NCBI GenBank assembly: GCA_052386875.1
Contig: JBQTJS010000050.1
Location: 1,032 to 65,031, forward strand
Source of the DNA: Gemmatimonadaceae bacterium
GTDB lineage: Bacteria; Gemmatimonadota; Gemmatimonadetes; Gemmatimonadales; Gemmatimonadaceae
Direction: 5' to 3'
DNA length: 64,000 bases
This document shows, one piece after another, positions 31,906-42,573 of the stretch. Position numbers and translations under genes: made by a program. The first letter of the stretch is position 1. Each line of letters begins with the position of its first letter. Below the pieces are notes generated by a model that did not search any database, was not told the origin of the DNA, and worked only from the letters and a program-made list of their open reading frames with translations.

Positions 31906-34904
31906 TGCGGCGCGGCGCGTACGTCGCCGCGCTGTCACTCTTGGTGGCGGCGCAATCGTTAGGCGCGCAGGCGCGCACTGACACGACGACGCGGCGCGAT
32001 TCGCTGGCACGCATCGATTCCCTGTTGCGGCGCGCCGGACGTCCCGGGATCCTCCCTGACACGGGGACGCAACCGCGCGAGCTGATCGTGTGGGCGCCGC
32101 CGGACTCCGTGATCACCGCCCTAACGAGCCGGACAGGCTATAGCGTGACACGTTATCAGGGCGACACCGTCATCTTCCGCGCCAAGGAGCGCCTGCTACG
32201 GCTCAAGCGCAGCGACAGTGCCCAAACCGGCGTCGAACGCGACGGCGCCACACTCGTCGGCGACAGCATCCTATTCAATGATTCCACGCAGGTCATCACG
32301 GCGTGGGGCGACACGCTGCGCCTGCGCGATCCGGCGCAGGGGCCGGACGACCTCATCGCGCACGGCCGCATCGAATACGACGTCACGAATCGTCGCGGGC
32401 TCGTCACCAACGTGACGACCACTGTCGAAAGCGGACAGCGCTGGATCGTGCATGGCGATGAGGCCGCGTTCGTGAACGATACCAGCGCGGCGGCGCGCAA
32501 CACGATCTACGCGCGGCACGGGTGGATAACGAGCTGCACGGAAACCGTGCCGCACTATCACTTCGCGGCGAGCGAGATGAAGGTCGTCGCCGGACGCATC
32601 CTCGTCGCGCGTCCAGCCATCCTCTATATCGCAGACGTCCCGGTGCTGTGGCTGCCGTTCGTGTTCACAGATCTGAGGCGCGGCCGCCGCAGCGGAATCA
32701 TCGCGCCGCGCATCGGTTTCAGCGACGTCGTGCGGAACAGCCCTGCCTATCGCCGTACGATCGAGAACCTCGGATACTACTTCGCGATCAACGACTATTT
32801 GGACGCCGAGTTCACGATGGACTGGCGCAGCAACGCGCGCGCAGCGGAGAACGATCCCGGCTGGATCCGCGGGAACACAGTCTTCCGGTATAACTGGCTG
32901 AACAACTTCCTGAGAGGCGACATTGCGTACGCCTACCACTCGCTCAAGAACGGCACGCGCAACCAGCAGGTTACGTGGAACCATGCGCAGACGTATTCGC
33001 AGCGGACCGGGTTGACGCTCTCGTTCAACTGGGCTGAAAACACCAGCGTACAGCGGCAGGCCACGTTCAATCCCGTAGTGGCGTTAGGCACCATCGCCTC
33101 GCGCGGCAGCTTCAATACGGCCCGCGGCCCCTTCAGCCTCACGCTGGGCGCCGGTCAGACGCAGTATCCAGGACGCGACGCGATCGACCGCAACTTTCCG
33201 ACCCTGAGTATCACCTCCAAGCCGATCGAGTTGGGTGAATGGCTCACCTGGACGCCGTCGTTCAACTTCTCGAGTTCTCAGGGGCTGCACCTCGATACGC
33301 CGAGCGACTTTGCGTTCCGTTTCATACAGAAGCCCGGCGGCGGGATCGATTCGGTGCCGCTGGATCGCAGTCAGCGTTCGAGCAGTCTGGATTTCTCGAC
33401 GCCGCTCGAGATCTTCGGCTTCCAGCTGCAGAACAGGTTCCGTATCCAGGATCAGCTGAGCGACTTTCCGTCGCGCCGCGAGATCTATGACATCGGCTCG
33501 GGCGAGGTCATCGATACGCGCGTCTTCGCGCGCACCTTCATGACCAGCGTCGACTTCGAGACGTCGTTCGCGCTGCCGACGTTCCTTCAGGGGACTTGGA
33601 ACCTGTCTCCTGCGGTGAACATTGCCAATGTCGACGCCGGCGGATTCTTCGTGCGCACGGAACGTACGGGCGGGAAGTTCGTGCGGCAGAACAAGCGTCT
33701 TTCATACGGACTTTCGGCAGCGCCCACTGTTTATCGCCGCTTCGGCGGGTTCGGGCCGATCGAGGGGATCCGGCATCAGGTGCAGCTGCAGTCGAGCTAT
33801 CGCTACTCACCGCGCGCCGACGTCAGCGACGAGTACCTCGAGGCGTTAGGCAGGTCGCGCAAGGGCTACCTCGGCTCACTCCCTCAGAACGCGGTTTCTC
33901 TGGGCGTGTCGACTGTGTTCGAGGCCAAGCTGCGCTCGCGCGCCGATACGGGCGACTTGACGGGTATTAATGCGCGCAAACTCAAGCTGCTGTCGCTGCG
34001 CTTCTCACCGCTCGAGTGGGACTTCGAGCGCGCCAGCGCAACGGGGAACACCGGACTGACGACCAACTCGTTCAACGTGTCTGCCAGCACTGACCTGCTT
34101 CCCGGCTTCGACTTCGCCCTCGATTACTCTCTCTTCCAGGGCGAGACGGTCAGCGACACGGCTGTCTTCAAGCCGTACCGCACCGGGCTCAGCGCAGCGG
34201 TGCAGCTCGATGCCAGATCTCCCATCGTTGTGGGGCTGGCGCGCTTGTTAGGCATCCGCATCGACACGGTTCGGCCTGTACCGCCGCAGAGCGAACGCGG
34301 ACCGAGTTCGGAGTCTCAATTCAACCAACAGTCACGTTTTGCTGCCGATCAGCCGTTTACAGGCAGCGTGAGCCGAGCGGCACCTGTCGGCGCTATCCCC
34401 CCGGGACGTGGGTGGACAGCATCCCTGCGCTACTCGTCGAACCGCCAGCGGCCGGTGTCGGGACGCACTGTGGTGGACTACGACCCTCGCTCGCGCTGCG
34501 AACAGTTCCGCCTTACGAGCCCCATACTCCACAACCAATGCTTGCTGGAGGTCGGTGCGGCGCAGCCGACGGATCCGTTTCTGACGCAGCCGCCGATCGG
34601 AGGGACATTCTTTCGCATCCCCGCGCAGGAGAACATGCAAGGATCGCTCACTTTCCACGTGACTGATAAGTGGGCCGCTCAATGGTCGACAACCTACGAC
34701 TTCGTAGCGCAGGATTTCGCCAGCCACATCGTCTCGCTGCAGCGCGAGCTGCACGATTGGGACGCTGTCTTCGCCTTCACGAAGTCGCCGAACGGGAACT
34801 TCGCCTTCAACTTCTTCATCCAACTCAAGGCGCAGCCCGACATCAAGTTCGATTACAATCGCAATACGCTCCCGCGCGGCATAACGGGAGAACCGCGACA
34901 ATAG
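31905..34904 (+). CDS. Large outer-membrane beta-barrel protein with an OstA-like N-terminal domain (putative LptD)
   Basis: The ATG at 31905 overlaps the tatC stop. There is a signal peptide (LLVAAQSLGAQA), about 1000 aa of beta-rich sequence, and an aromatic-rich C-terminal region. The upstream part of ORF 31368.. overlaps tatC and I rejected it. Confidence 0.55.
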   Translation: MRRGAYVAALSLLVAAQSLGAQARTDTTTRRDSLARIDSLLRRAGRPGILPDTGTQPRELIVWAPPDSVITALTSRTGYSVTRYQGDTVIFRAKERLLRLKRSDSAQTGVERDGATLVGDSILFNDSTQVITAWGDTLRLRDPAQGPDDLIAHGRIEYDVTNRRGLVTNVTTTVESGQRWIVHGDEAAFVNDTSAAARNTIYARHGWITSCTETVPHYHFAASEMKVVAGRILVARPAILYIADVPVLWLPFVFTDLRRGRRSGIIAPRIGFSDVVRNSPAYRRTIENLGYYFAINDYLDAEFTMDWRSNARAAENDPGWIRGNTVFRYNWLNNFLRGDIAYAYHSLKNGTRNQQVTWNHAQTYSQRTGLTLSFNWAENTSVQRQATFNPVVALGTIASRGSFNTARGPFSLTLGAGQTQYPGRDAIDRNFPTLSITSKPIELGEWLTWTPSFNFSSSQGLHLDTPSDFAFRFIQKPGGGIDSVPLDRSQRSSSLDFSTPLEIFGFQLQNRFRIQDQLSDFPSRREIYDIGSGEVIDTRVFARTFMTSVDFETSFALPTFLQGTWNLSPAVNIANVDAGGFFVRTERTGGKFVRQNKRLSYGLSAAPTVYRRFGGFGPIEGIRHQVQLQSSYRYSPRADVSDEYLEALGRSRKGYLGSLPQNAVSLGVSTVFEAKLRSRADTGDLTGINARKLKLLSLRFSPLEWDFERASATGNTGLTTNSFNVSASTDLLPGFDFALDYSLFQGETVSDTAVFKPYRTGLSAAVQLDARSPIVVGLARLLGIRIDTVRPVPPQSERGPSSESQFNQQSRFAADQPFTGSVSRAAPVGAIPPGRGWTASLRYSSNRQRPVSGRTVVDYDPRSRCEQFRLTSPILHNQCLLEVGAAQPTDPFLTQPPIGGTFFRIPAQENMQGSLTFHVTDKWAAQWSTTYDFVAQDFASHIVSLQRELHDWDAVFAFTKSPNGNFAFNFFIQLKAQPDIKFDYNRNTLPRGITGEPRQ

Positions 34905-35153
34905 TGGAAGTCAGAGCCACATTGGAACTGCTCCGAGCCGATTTGCGAACTCGCTCGGCCATCACACGCAGAGTCTGAGTGCTGAGCCACGCGAGTTTCG
35001 GCTCAGCTCCACGATGGTAGCTCCTGCCCCTCGCTGTGGCACGCTTCCGCGAAGCGCGCTAAACCTGTCAACCAATGGGTGGACCTCCAAACAGCTGTAC
35101 CGTCATCCACGGTCTGTCTTGAAGTCGTGCTGCGGGGTCCCAACTTTCCTCGC

Positions 35154-36680
35154 ATGACGACTGCGATTGTCCTGGACGGTGAAACGCTGACACTGGAACA
35201 CGTCGTCGCGGTCGCCCGCCAAGGCGCCACAGTCTCGCTTCACGAGCGAGCGCGCGAACGGATGTTGCGCGTAAGGGAGGTTGTCGAACGCCTTGTCGAC
35301 AGCGGGGCCGTCGTGTACGGCGTTACCACAGGCTTTGGCAAGCTTGCCGACGTAGCCATCCCGCGCGCACGACTGGACGAATTACAAACGAACCTTGTGC
35401 GTAGCCACGCCGTCGGGGTCGGGCCACTGCTCGCGGAGGATGAAGCGCGAGCTGTGATGCTCTTGCGCGCGAACGTGCTCGCCAAGGGTCTTTCGGGACC
35501 GCGACCGGTGCTGGCCGAGCGATTGCTGGCGCTGCTGAACGCGAGGCTGTATCCGCCGATCCCGGAGCAGGGGAGCGTTGGCGCGAGCGGCGATCTGGCG
35601 CCGCTGGCCCACGTGGCACTCGCGCTGATGGGCGAGGGGGACCTGATACGCAAGGGCGAGCGTCGTAGCGCGAGCGAGTGGCTGCAGTCGTGTCGCCTGG
35701 AGCCCATCTCGTTAGGCGCGAAGGAAGGGCTCGCCCTGCTGAACGGGACGCAAGTTCACACTGGAGTGGGGGCGCTGCTCCTGGCAGACGCTCTCACGCT
35801 TTGGCAGACTGCGCACGTAGCAGGGGCCGCCACCCTGGACGCGCTGCGGGGAACACCCGCCGCATTTGACGCCCGCATCCACGCGGCGCGCGGCCAGATC
35901 GGGCAGCAGCGCTCGGCTGCCCTGCTACGGGAACTGATGGCGGGGAGCGCGATCCGCGAATCGCACCGCACAGGGGACCCGCGCGTACAGGACGCATACG
36001 CGCTGCGCTGTATGCCACAGGTGCTGGGCCCCGCGTACGACGCGCTCCAGTTCGCACGTGCGACGATCACACGCGAGCTCAACGCAGCGACGGACAATCC
36101 GCTGGTGATGGAGGACGGCGAGATTCTCAGTGGGGGCAACTTTCACGGCCAAACCGTCGCCATGGTCCTCGACTTCCTCGCCATCGCTCTCACGAATATT
36201 GCCGTGATGAGCGAGCGTCGCATCGATCGTCTTGTGAATCCCGACAGCAACGAAGATCTCCCTCCCTTTCTAGCGCGCGAGCCCGGCGTGAACTCGGGGC
36301 TCATGATGCTGCAAGTGAGCGCCGCCGCGCTGGCGAGCGAGTGCAAGACGCTGGCGCATCCTGCCAGCGTCGACTCCATCCCGACCGACGGCGGCAAAGA
36401 GGATTTCGTGCCCATGGCGATGGGGAGCGCCATCAAGCTGCGCCGGATCGTGCATAACGTGAAGCATGTGCTTGCTCTCGAGCTGCTCTGCGCCATGCAA
36501 GCGCTGGAATTCCGGCGTCCGCTGCGCTCGAGCGCTGCGTTGGAGGAAGCGTACGTGCGCGTGCGGGAGTGCGTCGCTCCTATCGACCGGGACCGTGCGA
36601 TCACGAACGAGCTGCAGGCACTGGCGGCGGCAGTCGGAGCGGCACGTTTCGCCGATCTTGCGCCATGGCCACCTACCTAA
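35154..36680 (+). CDS. hutH: Histidine ammonia-lyase
   Basis: MIO-forming [11 protein letters not shown] motif. Full-length HAL; I chose the start at MTTAIVLDG. Confidence 0.95.
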   Translation: MTTAIVLDGETLTLEHVVAVARQGATVSLHERARERMLRVREVVERLVDSGAVVYGVTTGFGKLADVAIPRARLDELQTNLVRSHAVGVGPLLAEDEARAVMLLRANVLAKGLSGPRPVLAERLLALLNARLYPPIPEQGSVGASGDLAPLAHVALALMGEGDLIRKGERRSASEWLQSCRLEPISLGAKEGLALLNGTQVHTGVGALLLADALTLWQTAHVAGAATLDALRGTPAAFDARIHAARGQIGQQRSAALLRELMAGSAIRESHRTGDPRVQDAYALRCMPQVLGPAYDALQFARATITRELNAATDNPLVMEDGEILSGGNFHGQTVAMVLDFLAIALTNIAVMSERRIDRLVNPDSNEDLPPFLAREPGVNSGLMMLQVSAAALASECKTLAHPASVDSIPTDGGKEDFVPMAMGSAIKLRRIVHNVKHVLALELLCAMQALEFRRPLRSSAALEEAYVRVRECVAPIDRDRAITNELQALAAAVGAARFADLAPWPPT

Positions 36681-36690
36681 CGAGGCACTC

Positions 36691-38403
36691 ATGACGGCGA
36701 CTCTCACCTCGCAGGCTGCTCCGGACGCCGCGGCGCGTCCGCTGCGCGCTCCGCGAGGGAGCGCGATCTCCTGCAAGGGGTGGCAGCAGGAGGCCGCTCT
36801 GCGCATGCTGATTAACAACCTCGATCCCGAGGTCGCCGAGCGTCCCGACGAATTGGTTGTGTACGGCGGGACGGGGAAGGCGGCGCGGTCCTGGGAGGCC
36901 TTCGCCGCGATCGTGCGCTGCCTGCGCTCGCTCGAGCACGACGAAACGCTGATCGTGCAAAGCGGCAAGCCGGTGGCGGTGTTCCGGACGCACGTGTACG
37001 CGCCGCGCGTGCTCATAGCCAACGCCAATCTTGTGGGGCGCTTCGCGACCTGGGACGTTTTTCGTGAGCTGGAGCGCAAAGGCCTAACGATGTTCGGGCA
37101 GATGACAGCCGGGTCGTGGATCTATATCGGGTCGCAGGGGATCGTGCAGGGGACGTACGAAACGTTCGCCGCCGTTGCGCGCCGGCATTTCGGCGGCAGC
37201 CTCGCGGGTCGTCTTGTGGTCACGGCCGGACTGGGCGGGATGGGCGGGGCACAGCCGCTGGCCGCGACGATGGCCGGAGCCGTGCTGTTGGCGGTGGAGG
37301 TAGATGAAAGACGTATAGACAAGCGGCTGGATACGCGCTACCTGGATTGCAAGGCGCGCGATCTGGACGAGGCGTTGGGATGGGCACGCGAAGCAACGGC
37401 CGCGCATAGCGCGCTCTCGATCGCCGTAGTGGGCAACGCCGCGGATGTCATCCCCGAACTCGTTAGGCGAGAAGTAACTCCCGCTGTATTGACGGATCAG
37501 ACATCGGCGCACGACATGCTCAACGGATACGTGCCGAACGGCATGTCGCTCGCGGACGCTGCGGCTCTGCGGCAGCACGACCCGCGGGAGTATGTGCGGC
37601 GTTCCACAGCCGCGGCCGCGACGCATGTCCGCGCTATGCTGGAGCTGCAGCGGCGTGGCGCCGTCACATTCGACTACGGCAATAACTTGCGGACCGTCGC
37701 CTTCGACGCGGGAGTCGCCGATGCCTTCGACTTCCCCGGGTTCGTCCCCGCCTACATACGGCCGCTGTTCTGCGAGGGGAAGGGACCATTCCGCTGGGTG
37801 GCGTTGTCAGGGAACCCTAACGACATCTATCGCACCGATGAGTTGGTGCTGGAGCTGTTCCCGAACGACGCCCATCTGCGCCGCTGGATCACGCTGGCGC
37901 GCGAGCGTATCACATTTCAAGGACTGCCGGCGCGCATCTGCTGGTTAGGCCAGGGAGAGAGAGCGCGCTTCGGCGTCGCCCTCAACGACCTGGTGGCGCG
38001 CGGCGACCTGGAAGCGCCGATTGTCATCGGCCGGGACCATCTGGATACGGGGAGCGTTGCGTCGCCATTCCGCGAGACGGAAGGGATGCTGGACGGGAGC
38101 GACGCGATCGCCGACTGGGCGGTGCTCAACGCCATGCTCAACGTCGCCAGCGGCGCCTCCTGGGTCTCCTTCCATCATGGCGGCGGTGTAGGGATGGGCA
38201 ACTCGCTGCACGCGGGGCAGGTCATCGTCGCGGACGGCAGCGCCGAGATGCGCGTTAGGCTGGAGCGCGTCCTCACCAACGACCCCGGTTTGGGTGTGGC
38301 ACGCCATGCCGATGCCGGTTACGACATTGCGATCGAAACCGCCGAGCAGGCCGGGATAATCATTCCGATGAAGCCGCAAGGCGCCGGCCGGAGCCCCGCC
38401 TAG
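36691..38403 (+). CDS. hutU: Urocanate hydratase
   Basis: [13 protein letters not shown]-binding motif, about 570 aa, directly downstream of hutH. Confidence 0.95.
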   Translation: MTATLTSQAAPDAAARPLRAPRGSAISCKGWQQEAALRMLINNLDPEVAERPDELVVYGGTGKAARSWEAFAAIVRCLRSLEHDETLIVQSGKPVAVFRTHVYAPRVLIANANLVGRFATWDVFRELERKGLTMFGQMTAGSWIYIGSQGIVQGTYETFAAVARRHFGGSLAGRLVVTAGLGGMGGAQPLAATMAGAVLLAVEVDERRIDKRLDTRYLDCKARDLDEALGWAREATAAHSALSIAVVGNAADVIPELVRREVTPAVLTDQTSAHDMLNGYVPNGMSLADAAALRQHDPREYVRRSTAAAATHVRAMLELQRRGAVTFDYGNNLRTVAFDAGVADAFDFPGFVPAYIRPLFCEGKGPFRWVALSGNPNDIYRTDELVLELFPNDAHLRRWITLARERITFQGLPARICWLGQGERARFGVALNDLVARGDLEAPIVIGRDHLDTGSVASPFRETEGMLDGSDAIADWAVLNAMLNVASGASWVSFHHGGGVGMGNSLHAGQVIVADGSAEMRVRLERVLTNDPGLGVARHADAGYDIAIETAEQAGIIIPMKPQGAGRSPA

Positions 38404-38463
38404 CATTCGCTGACTCCTCTCTCTACGCCGGCCCTGACCCCTCGCCATGACGTTGCCGCAGCT

Positions 38464-39435
38464 ATGCTCTCTCCACGTTACAAACTCTACCACCTGCCGC
38501 TGTTTCTCACGAAGTACGCGTGGCTAGCTGTTAGGCGACGGCCGCTGGCTGTCCATTTCGAAGTCACGCTGCGCTGCAACGCCCGTTGCGGCTTCTGCGA
38601 CTACTGGAAAACGCCCGGCGAGACGCGAGACCATGAAATCGCGTCCTTCGCGGCGGCGGCACGCTACTTCAGCCCGATGTTCGCCACGTTCACCGGTGGC
38701 GAGCCGACGCTGCGGCGCGATCTCGAAGTGTTAGTCGCTGCCGTGCGCCGGAACGTGCGGCTCTGCTACATCACACTCCTCTCGCACGGCGGGACGATGA
38801 CTGTGGCAAGAGCGCGAGCGCTGTGGGATGCCGGCGTGGATCAGTTCAACTTCTCGCTGGACTATCTGGACGAGCGCCACGACGCAGCGCGCGGAATCCC
38901 CGGCTTGGCGGCCAAGATCCTGCGGACTGCAGCGGCGATGCGCGACGCCCGGCTCGGCGCGGTGCGGTTCAATACCGTCATCCGGCGTGACAACCTGGAC
39001 CAGATCCTGCCGATCGTGCAGCGTGCGGAGTCGTTAGGCTGCGGCGTCAACCTCTCCCTCTACACTGACTTCAAGAACGGAAACCGCGATTACCTCCTGG
39101 GACAGGCGCATCTTGCAGAGCTGGAGTGCATCGTCGCCGAGCTGCTGCGCTTCAAGCGCCGGCGCCGGGGGGTCATCTCCAATTCGGACTATTATCTGGC
39201 GCAGATACCGCGTTATGTGCGCGGCGAGATGACTGAACGCTGCCGCTCGGGGATCCGCACGCTGCACATCGATCCTCTCGGCAATGTCAAGCGCTGCCCG
39301 GATTTTCCGACAGACTTTGCCTGGCGCGCTTTCAAGCCGTACCGGCCCATCGACTGCAATCGCTGCTACTACGCCTGCCGCGGCGAAGCCGAAGCGCCGC
39401 TGCGCTGGTCGCGCGTGCTTGACATGATCGCTTAG
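38464..39435 (+). CDS. Radical SAM protein with a SPASM/twitch-like C-terminal cysteine cluster
   Basis: CNARCGFCDYW (CxxxCxxC). The C-terminal pattern is CRSGIRTLHIDPLGNVKRC (Cx12Gx4C) followed by CNRCYYAC. Confidence 0.8.
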   Translation: MLSPRYKLYHLPLFLTKYAWLAVRRRPLAVHFEVTLRCNARCGFCDYWKTPGETRDHEIASFAAAARYFSPMFATFTGGEPTLRRDLEVLVAAVRRNVRLCYITLLSHGGTMTVARARALWDAGVDQFNFSLDYLDERHDAARGIPGLAAKILRTAAAMRDARLGAVRFNTVIRRDNLDQILPIVQRAESLGCGVNLSLYTDFKNGNRDYLLGQAHLAELECIVAELLRFKRRRRGVISNSDYYLAQIPRYVRGEMTERCRSGIRTLHIDPLGNVKRCPDFPTDFAWRAFKPYRPIDCNRCYYACRGEAEAPLRWSRVLDMIA

Positions 39436-40367
39436 CCGCGCCGCAGATTTCGTGAAGCGCGCGACGCCATGCCATGGCGCGCCTCGTTGTGGGTCAATGC
39501 TCGCGCTGTAGCGAGAAACTGCGCGGCTGTCGGGGGGAGGTCCCCTGTGCGCCAGATCAGATGCAGCGGGAGCTTCGGTGCGCGCCCGCTGAGCGGGCGC
39601 GTTACGAGACCCGCCCGCGGTGCGCCTGCGACGGAGCTGGGGAGCAGCGTCACTCCCACGCCCGCGCTCACCAGGCCGGCCAGCGTCTGCAGCTGGCTCG
39701 CCTCCTGGGCGACACGCGGCTCGAACCCTGCCGCGCGGCAGCTCGCCAGCACCAGATCCACGTAGCTCGTCTTGAGGTCACTGGGGAACAGTACCCAAGG
39801 TTCGCCGGCCAGCAGCGCGAGCGGCACCCTGGAACGCCGGGCGGCGGAATGTCCGGATGGGAGGGCGACAACGAGTGGGTCGAGCGCCACGCGTTCCCCC
39901 GTTAGGCCTCGATCATGCTCGCGCAGACTGAAGAATCCGACGTCGAGATCACCGCGCAGCAGGGCGTCGCGCTGAGGCTCGCGGTGCAGCTGAGTCAGCG
40001 TTACGTGCACAGTTGGGTAGCGCTCGCGGTATTTGCGCAGGATCGCCGGGAAGACCAGCCACGTGGCCAGATCGACATAGCCGACGCTCAAGGAGCCGAT
40101 TTCGCCCAATGCGGCCTGTCGCGCCGCGTTCATCGCGGTTTCAGCAGCAGCCAACGTTCGGCGAGCTTCGCCGAGGAAGGCTCGTCCGGGCTCGGTGAGA
40201 GCGACGCGCCGTTTGCTGCGGGCCAACAGGACAACGCCCAGCTCGCGTTCGAGCTGCTGGATCTGCTGGCTCAGCGCCGGCTGCGCGATGTGGATCCGTG
40301 CGGCTGCGCGCCCGAAGTGCAACTCCTCGGCGACGGCAACGAAATAGCGCAGGTGCCGTAACTCCAT
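39432..40367 (-). CDS. LysR-family transcriptional regulator
   Basis: The start at MELRHLRYFVAVAEELHFGRAA is a canonical LTTR HTH. It is divergent from the dioxygenase-like gene. Confidence 0.9.
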   Translation of the reverse strand: MELRHLRYFVAVAEELHFGRAAARIHIAQPALSQQIQQLERELGVVLLARSKRRVALTEPGRAFLGEARRTLAAAETAMNAARQAALGEIGSLSVGYVDLATWLVFPAILRKYRERYPTVHVTLTQLHREPQRDALLRGDLDVGFFSLREHDRGLTGERVALDPLVVALPSGHSAARRSRVPLALLAGEPWVLFPSDLKTSYVDLVLASCRAAGFEPRVAQEASQLQTLAGLVSAGVGVTLLPSSVAGAPRAGLVTRPLSGRAPKLPLHLIWRTGDLPPTAAQFLATARALTHNEARHGMASRASRNLRRG

Positions 40368-40395
40368 AGGCGACTTCTGTGCGTCCCGAAAGTAG

Positions 40396-40411
40396 TAATA
40401 TGTACAGATTA
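40396..40411. promoter_or_regulatory. Candidate LysR-type binding box in an AT-rich divergent promoter region
   Basis: TAATATGTACAGATTA is an imperfect palindrome (14 of 16 positions) centred on TGTACA. It lies between the LysR gene and the dioxygenase-like gene. Confidence 0.4.
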
Positions 40412-40489
40412 TTATTAGTGAGCGACAAAGTATTGGCAAGTATTAGCCGAGTAGCGTAGAATCCGCGGGCGAAGCGACAGGAGCAACTA

Positions 40490-41260
40490 ATGCGTGACTC
40501 CAGCACAGCGATTTTCCAGCGGCGTGACGTCGGCCGCCGAGAGGCGCTGTCGATCATGGGTACTGCCGGCGCCGCCGCGCTTGTCGGATGGCCGGCCGCG
40601 AGCTGCGCGATCGCGCGAGCGGGAGAGCCGGCGGACGCCGCGTCAGGTCTCGACTGCGTCGTCACTCCGGCCCAGACAGAAGGCCCCTACTTTGTCGACG
40701 AGCAACTCAAACGCAGCGATATCCGTTTGGATCCAACGAACAACGCCGCCAGCGCAGGGCTCCCGCTGAGGCTGCGTATCGCTGTGAGTCGCGTGGACGG
40801 CAATGCGTGCGCGCCTGTGCGCGGCGCCGTCGTGGATGTGTGGCAGTGCGATGCGTTAGGCATCTACTCCGCCGTGCGCGACACTCAAGGCTTGTTCGAT
40901 ACCCGCGGCCGCAAGTTCTTGCGCGGCTATCAGGAAACCGACGCGGCAGGCGTCAGCGAATTCCTCACTGTCTATCCAGGATGGTACCCCGGGCGGACGG
41001 TGCACATCCACTTCAAGGTTCGCGTCCAGCCGCAGAGCCGGCAGGGGCACGAGTTCACTTCGCAGCTGTATTTCGACGATATGATCAGCGATCTCGTGCA
41101 CGCGCAGCCGCCTTACCGCGCTAAGGGGATGCGCGATACGCGCAACGATATGGACGGCATCTATCGGGCACGTGAGAGCGGATCCAAGCTCCTCCTGCGG
41201 CTCAGCAAGACGGCTGAAGGCTACCTGGGGAACACCGCCGTGGGGCTCCGGCTCGGCTGA
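40490..41260 (+). CDS. Tat-exported intradiol ring-cleavage dioxygenase family protein
   Basis: Twin-arginine signal (RRDVGRREALSIMGTAGAAALVG). Contains EGPYF and YPGWYPGRTVHIHFKV motifs. Confidence 0.8.
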   Translation: MRDSSTAIFQRRDVGRREALSIMGTAGAAALVGWPAASCAIARAGEPADAASGLDCVVTPAQTEGPYFVDEQLKRSDIRLDPTNNAASAGLPLRLRIAVSRVDGNACAPVRGAVVDVWQCDALGIYSAVRDTQGLFDTRGRKFLRGYQETDAAGVSEFLTVYPGWYPGRTVHIHFKVRVQPQSRQGHEFTSQLYFDDMISDLVHAQPPYRAKGMRDTRNDMDGIYRARESGSKLLLRLSKTAEGYLGNTAVGLRLG

Positions 41261-41308
41261 TTCCAGCGTGGCGTCCATGCGTTAGGCGCATCAGACCCCG
41301 AGCTGTGA

Positions 41309-41342
41309 CACACCGCCTGTCTAGAACACAGTCTGCGGTGTG
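41309..41342. terminator. Hairpin at the convergent junction of the dioxygenase-like and beta-barrel genes
   Basis: CACACCGC / GCGGTGTG, an 8-bp stem with an 18-nt loop. It overlaps the 3' end of the barrel gene, and there is no clear T tract. Confidence 0.3.
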
Positions 41343-42307
41343 AAGCGCACACCGATGCCTACGTACTGCGTTGCGCGCGGAATAGGCAGCGTCAGGTCGT
41401 CGAAGTTATGCGAGACGGCAACGTACAGGTCCATCCCGTCGGAGTCGCCGACGATCCGTGCTCCCGACTCCAAGTGCCAGTGATTGTGGATGCCGCGGCC
41501 CTGCCGCCCGCCGAACTGGACAAGCGATGCCCAGGCGCGGGCGTACAAGAAAGGCTCGCGCGCAAGCCGGCGGGCGACGCGGCCGCCGAGGGCAAGGCCG
41601 TGGCGCGCATCCTTCCAGTACGGGGCCGCCACATTGCGCGGCGTTCGGCCGTCTGTCGTTATCAAGTAGCGCTCGAGGCGAACGAACCAGCGAGCTAACG
41701 CGACGCTGCCTAACGTGAACTCTCGTGAGGCCGCGCCGACCTGGGGTCCGCTCAGACTCACCAGTCGGGCCGTCGGCTCGTAGCCGGCGGTGGGAGCATT
41801 GTCGTCCGGCGGCCGGTAGTTGTCCACTTCGTGACGGCAGCGGTGAAACCCTCCGATATACAAGTCGAAACCGGTGGCACGACGCACGAAGAGCACATTC
41901 TCCTCCCAGTACGCCCCGCGAGGGTTGAAGCCAATGCTGTTATGTGGATTGGCGGTCAATTCGTGGGCCGCCGTGCCGATCAGTGCCGTTCGCTCGCTGA
42001 AGTGAAAGAGATGCACTATTCCGCCCAGCTTGAGCGCCCACGTATGCTCATCACCCGCTGACCCAAAGCCGCGCTGCAGCTCGCCGAAGAATCGGACGCG
42101 CGGAAGGAAGCCCTGGCCGCTCGCGGAATCCGGCGCGGTCGGCAGCACGAGGTTTCTGGTGATCACGAGCTGCGCGTCCGCGCGCGACGTTGCTGGCAGC
42201 GCCGCCAGCGCCGGCACCGCAACGAAGAGCCAGCGGAAGCGCCGCGTTGGCCGTGTAAACTCGACGAGACTTTCCCTAACGAGGGCCGCGCGGTTGCCGG
42301 ACTTCAT
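41321..42307 (-). CDS. Hypothetical outer-membrane beta-barrel protein
   Basis: Signal peptide (LFVAVPALAALPATSRADAQ), alternating beta-like sequence, and a C-terminal ..GVRFTPQTVF ending in Phe. I chose the start at MKSGN (42307). Confidence 0.55.
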   Translation of the reverse strand: MKSGNRAALVRESLVEFTRPTRRFRWLFVAVPALAALPATSRADAQLVITRNLVLPTAPDSASGQGFLPRVRFFGELQRGFGSAGDEHTWALKLGGIVHLFHFSERTALIGTAAHELTANPHNSIGFNPRGAYWEENVLFVRRATGFDLYIGGFHRCRHEVDNYRPPDDNAPTAGYEPTARLVSLSGPQVGAASREFTLGSVALARWFVRLERYLITTDGRTPRNVAAPYWKDARHGLALGGRVARRLAREPFLYARAWASLVQFGGRQGRGIHNHWHLESGARIVGDSDGMDLYVAVSHNFDDLTLPIPRATQYVGIGVRFTPQTVF

Positions 42308-42373
42308 AGTCCCTCGTCGCTTGTGTCCACCCAACGTAGCTGCGCGTTGGGCGGTGCGCGACTGCCGCGCCGC

Positions 42374-42409
42374 CGGCTAACCCGCTCCGGCGAAGATCCG
42401 GTTAGTCCC
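42374..42409. terminator. Hairpin built from degenerate copies of the dispersed word (GCTAAC / GTTAGT)
   Basis: CGGCTAACC pairs with GGTTAG(T)CCG: 9 bp with one bulge and a 17-nt loop. It lies between the lipoprotein and barrel genes. Confidence 0.35.
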
Positions 42410-42573
42410 GGCTGCTGCCGCTGCGTCCCCGCCAGAGCCGCCGCGATCCCGCCGGAGCGCCGTCGCGAGCGCCGCCGCGGCGATCACACGAGACGGTCGC
42501 TACCTAACGAGGCCGGCGCCAGGCCGGCGCCACCGCCGCGCTTGCTCGTGTGGATCCCTCGGGGAGCCCCCGC

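Noticed and set aside
34981-35007. Hairpin GCTGAGCC-(11 nt)-GGCTCAGC after the LptD-like gene, as a terminator
   Set aside because: The loop is long, there is no T tract, and the hairpin lies 77 nt past the stop. It is too weak to call without 3'-end data.
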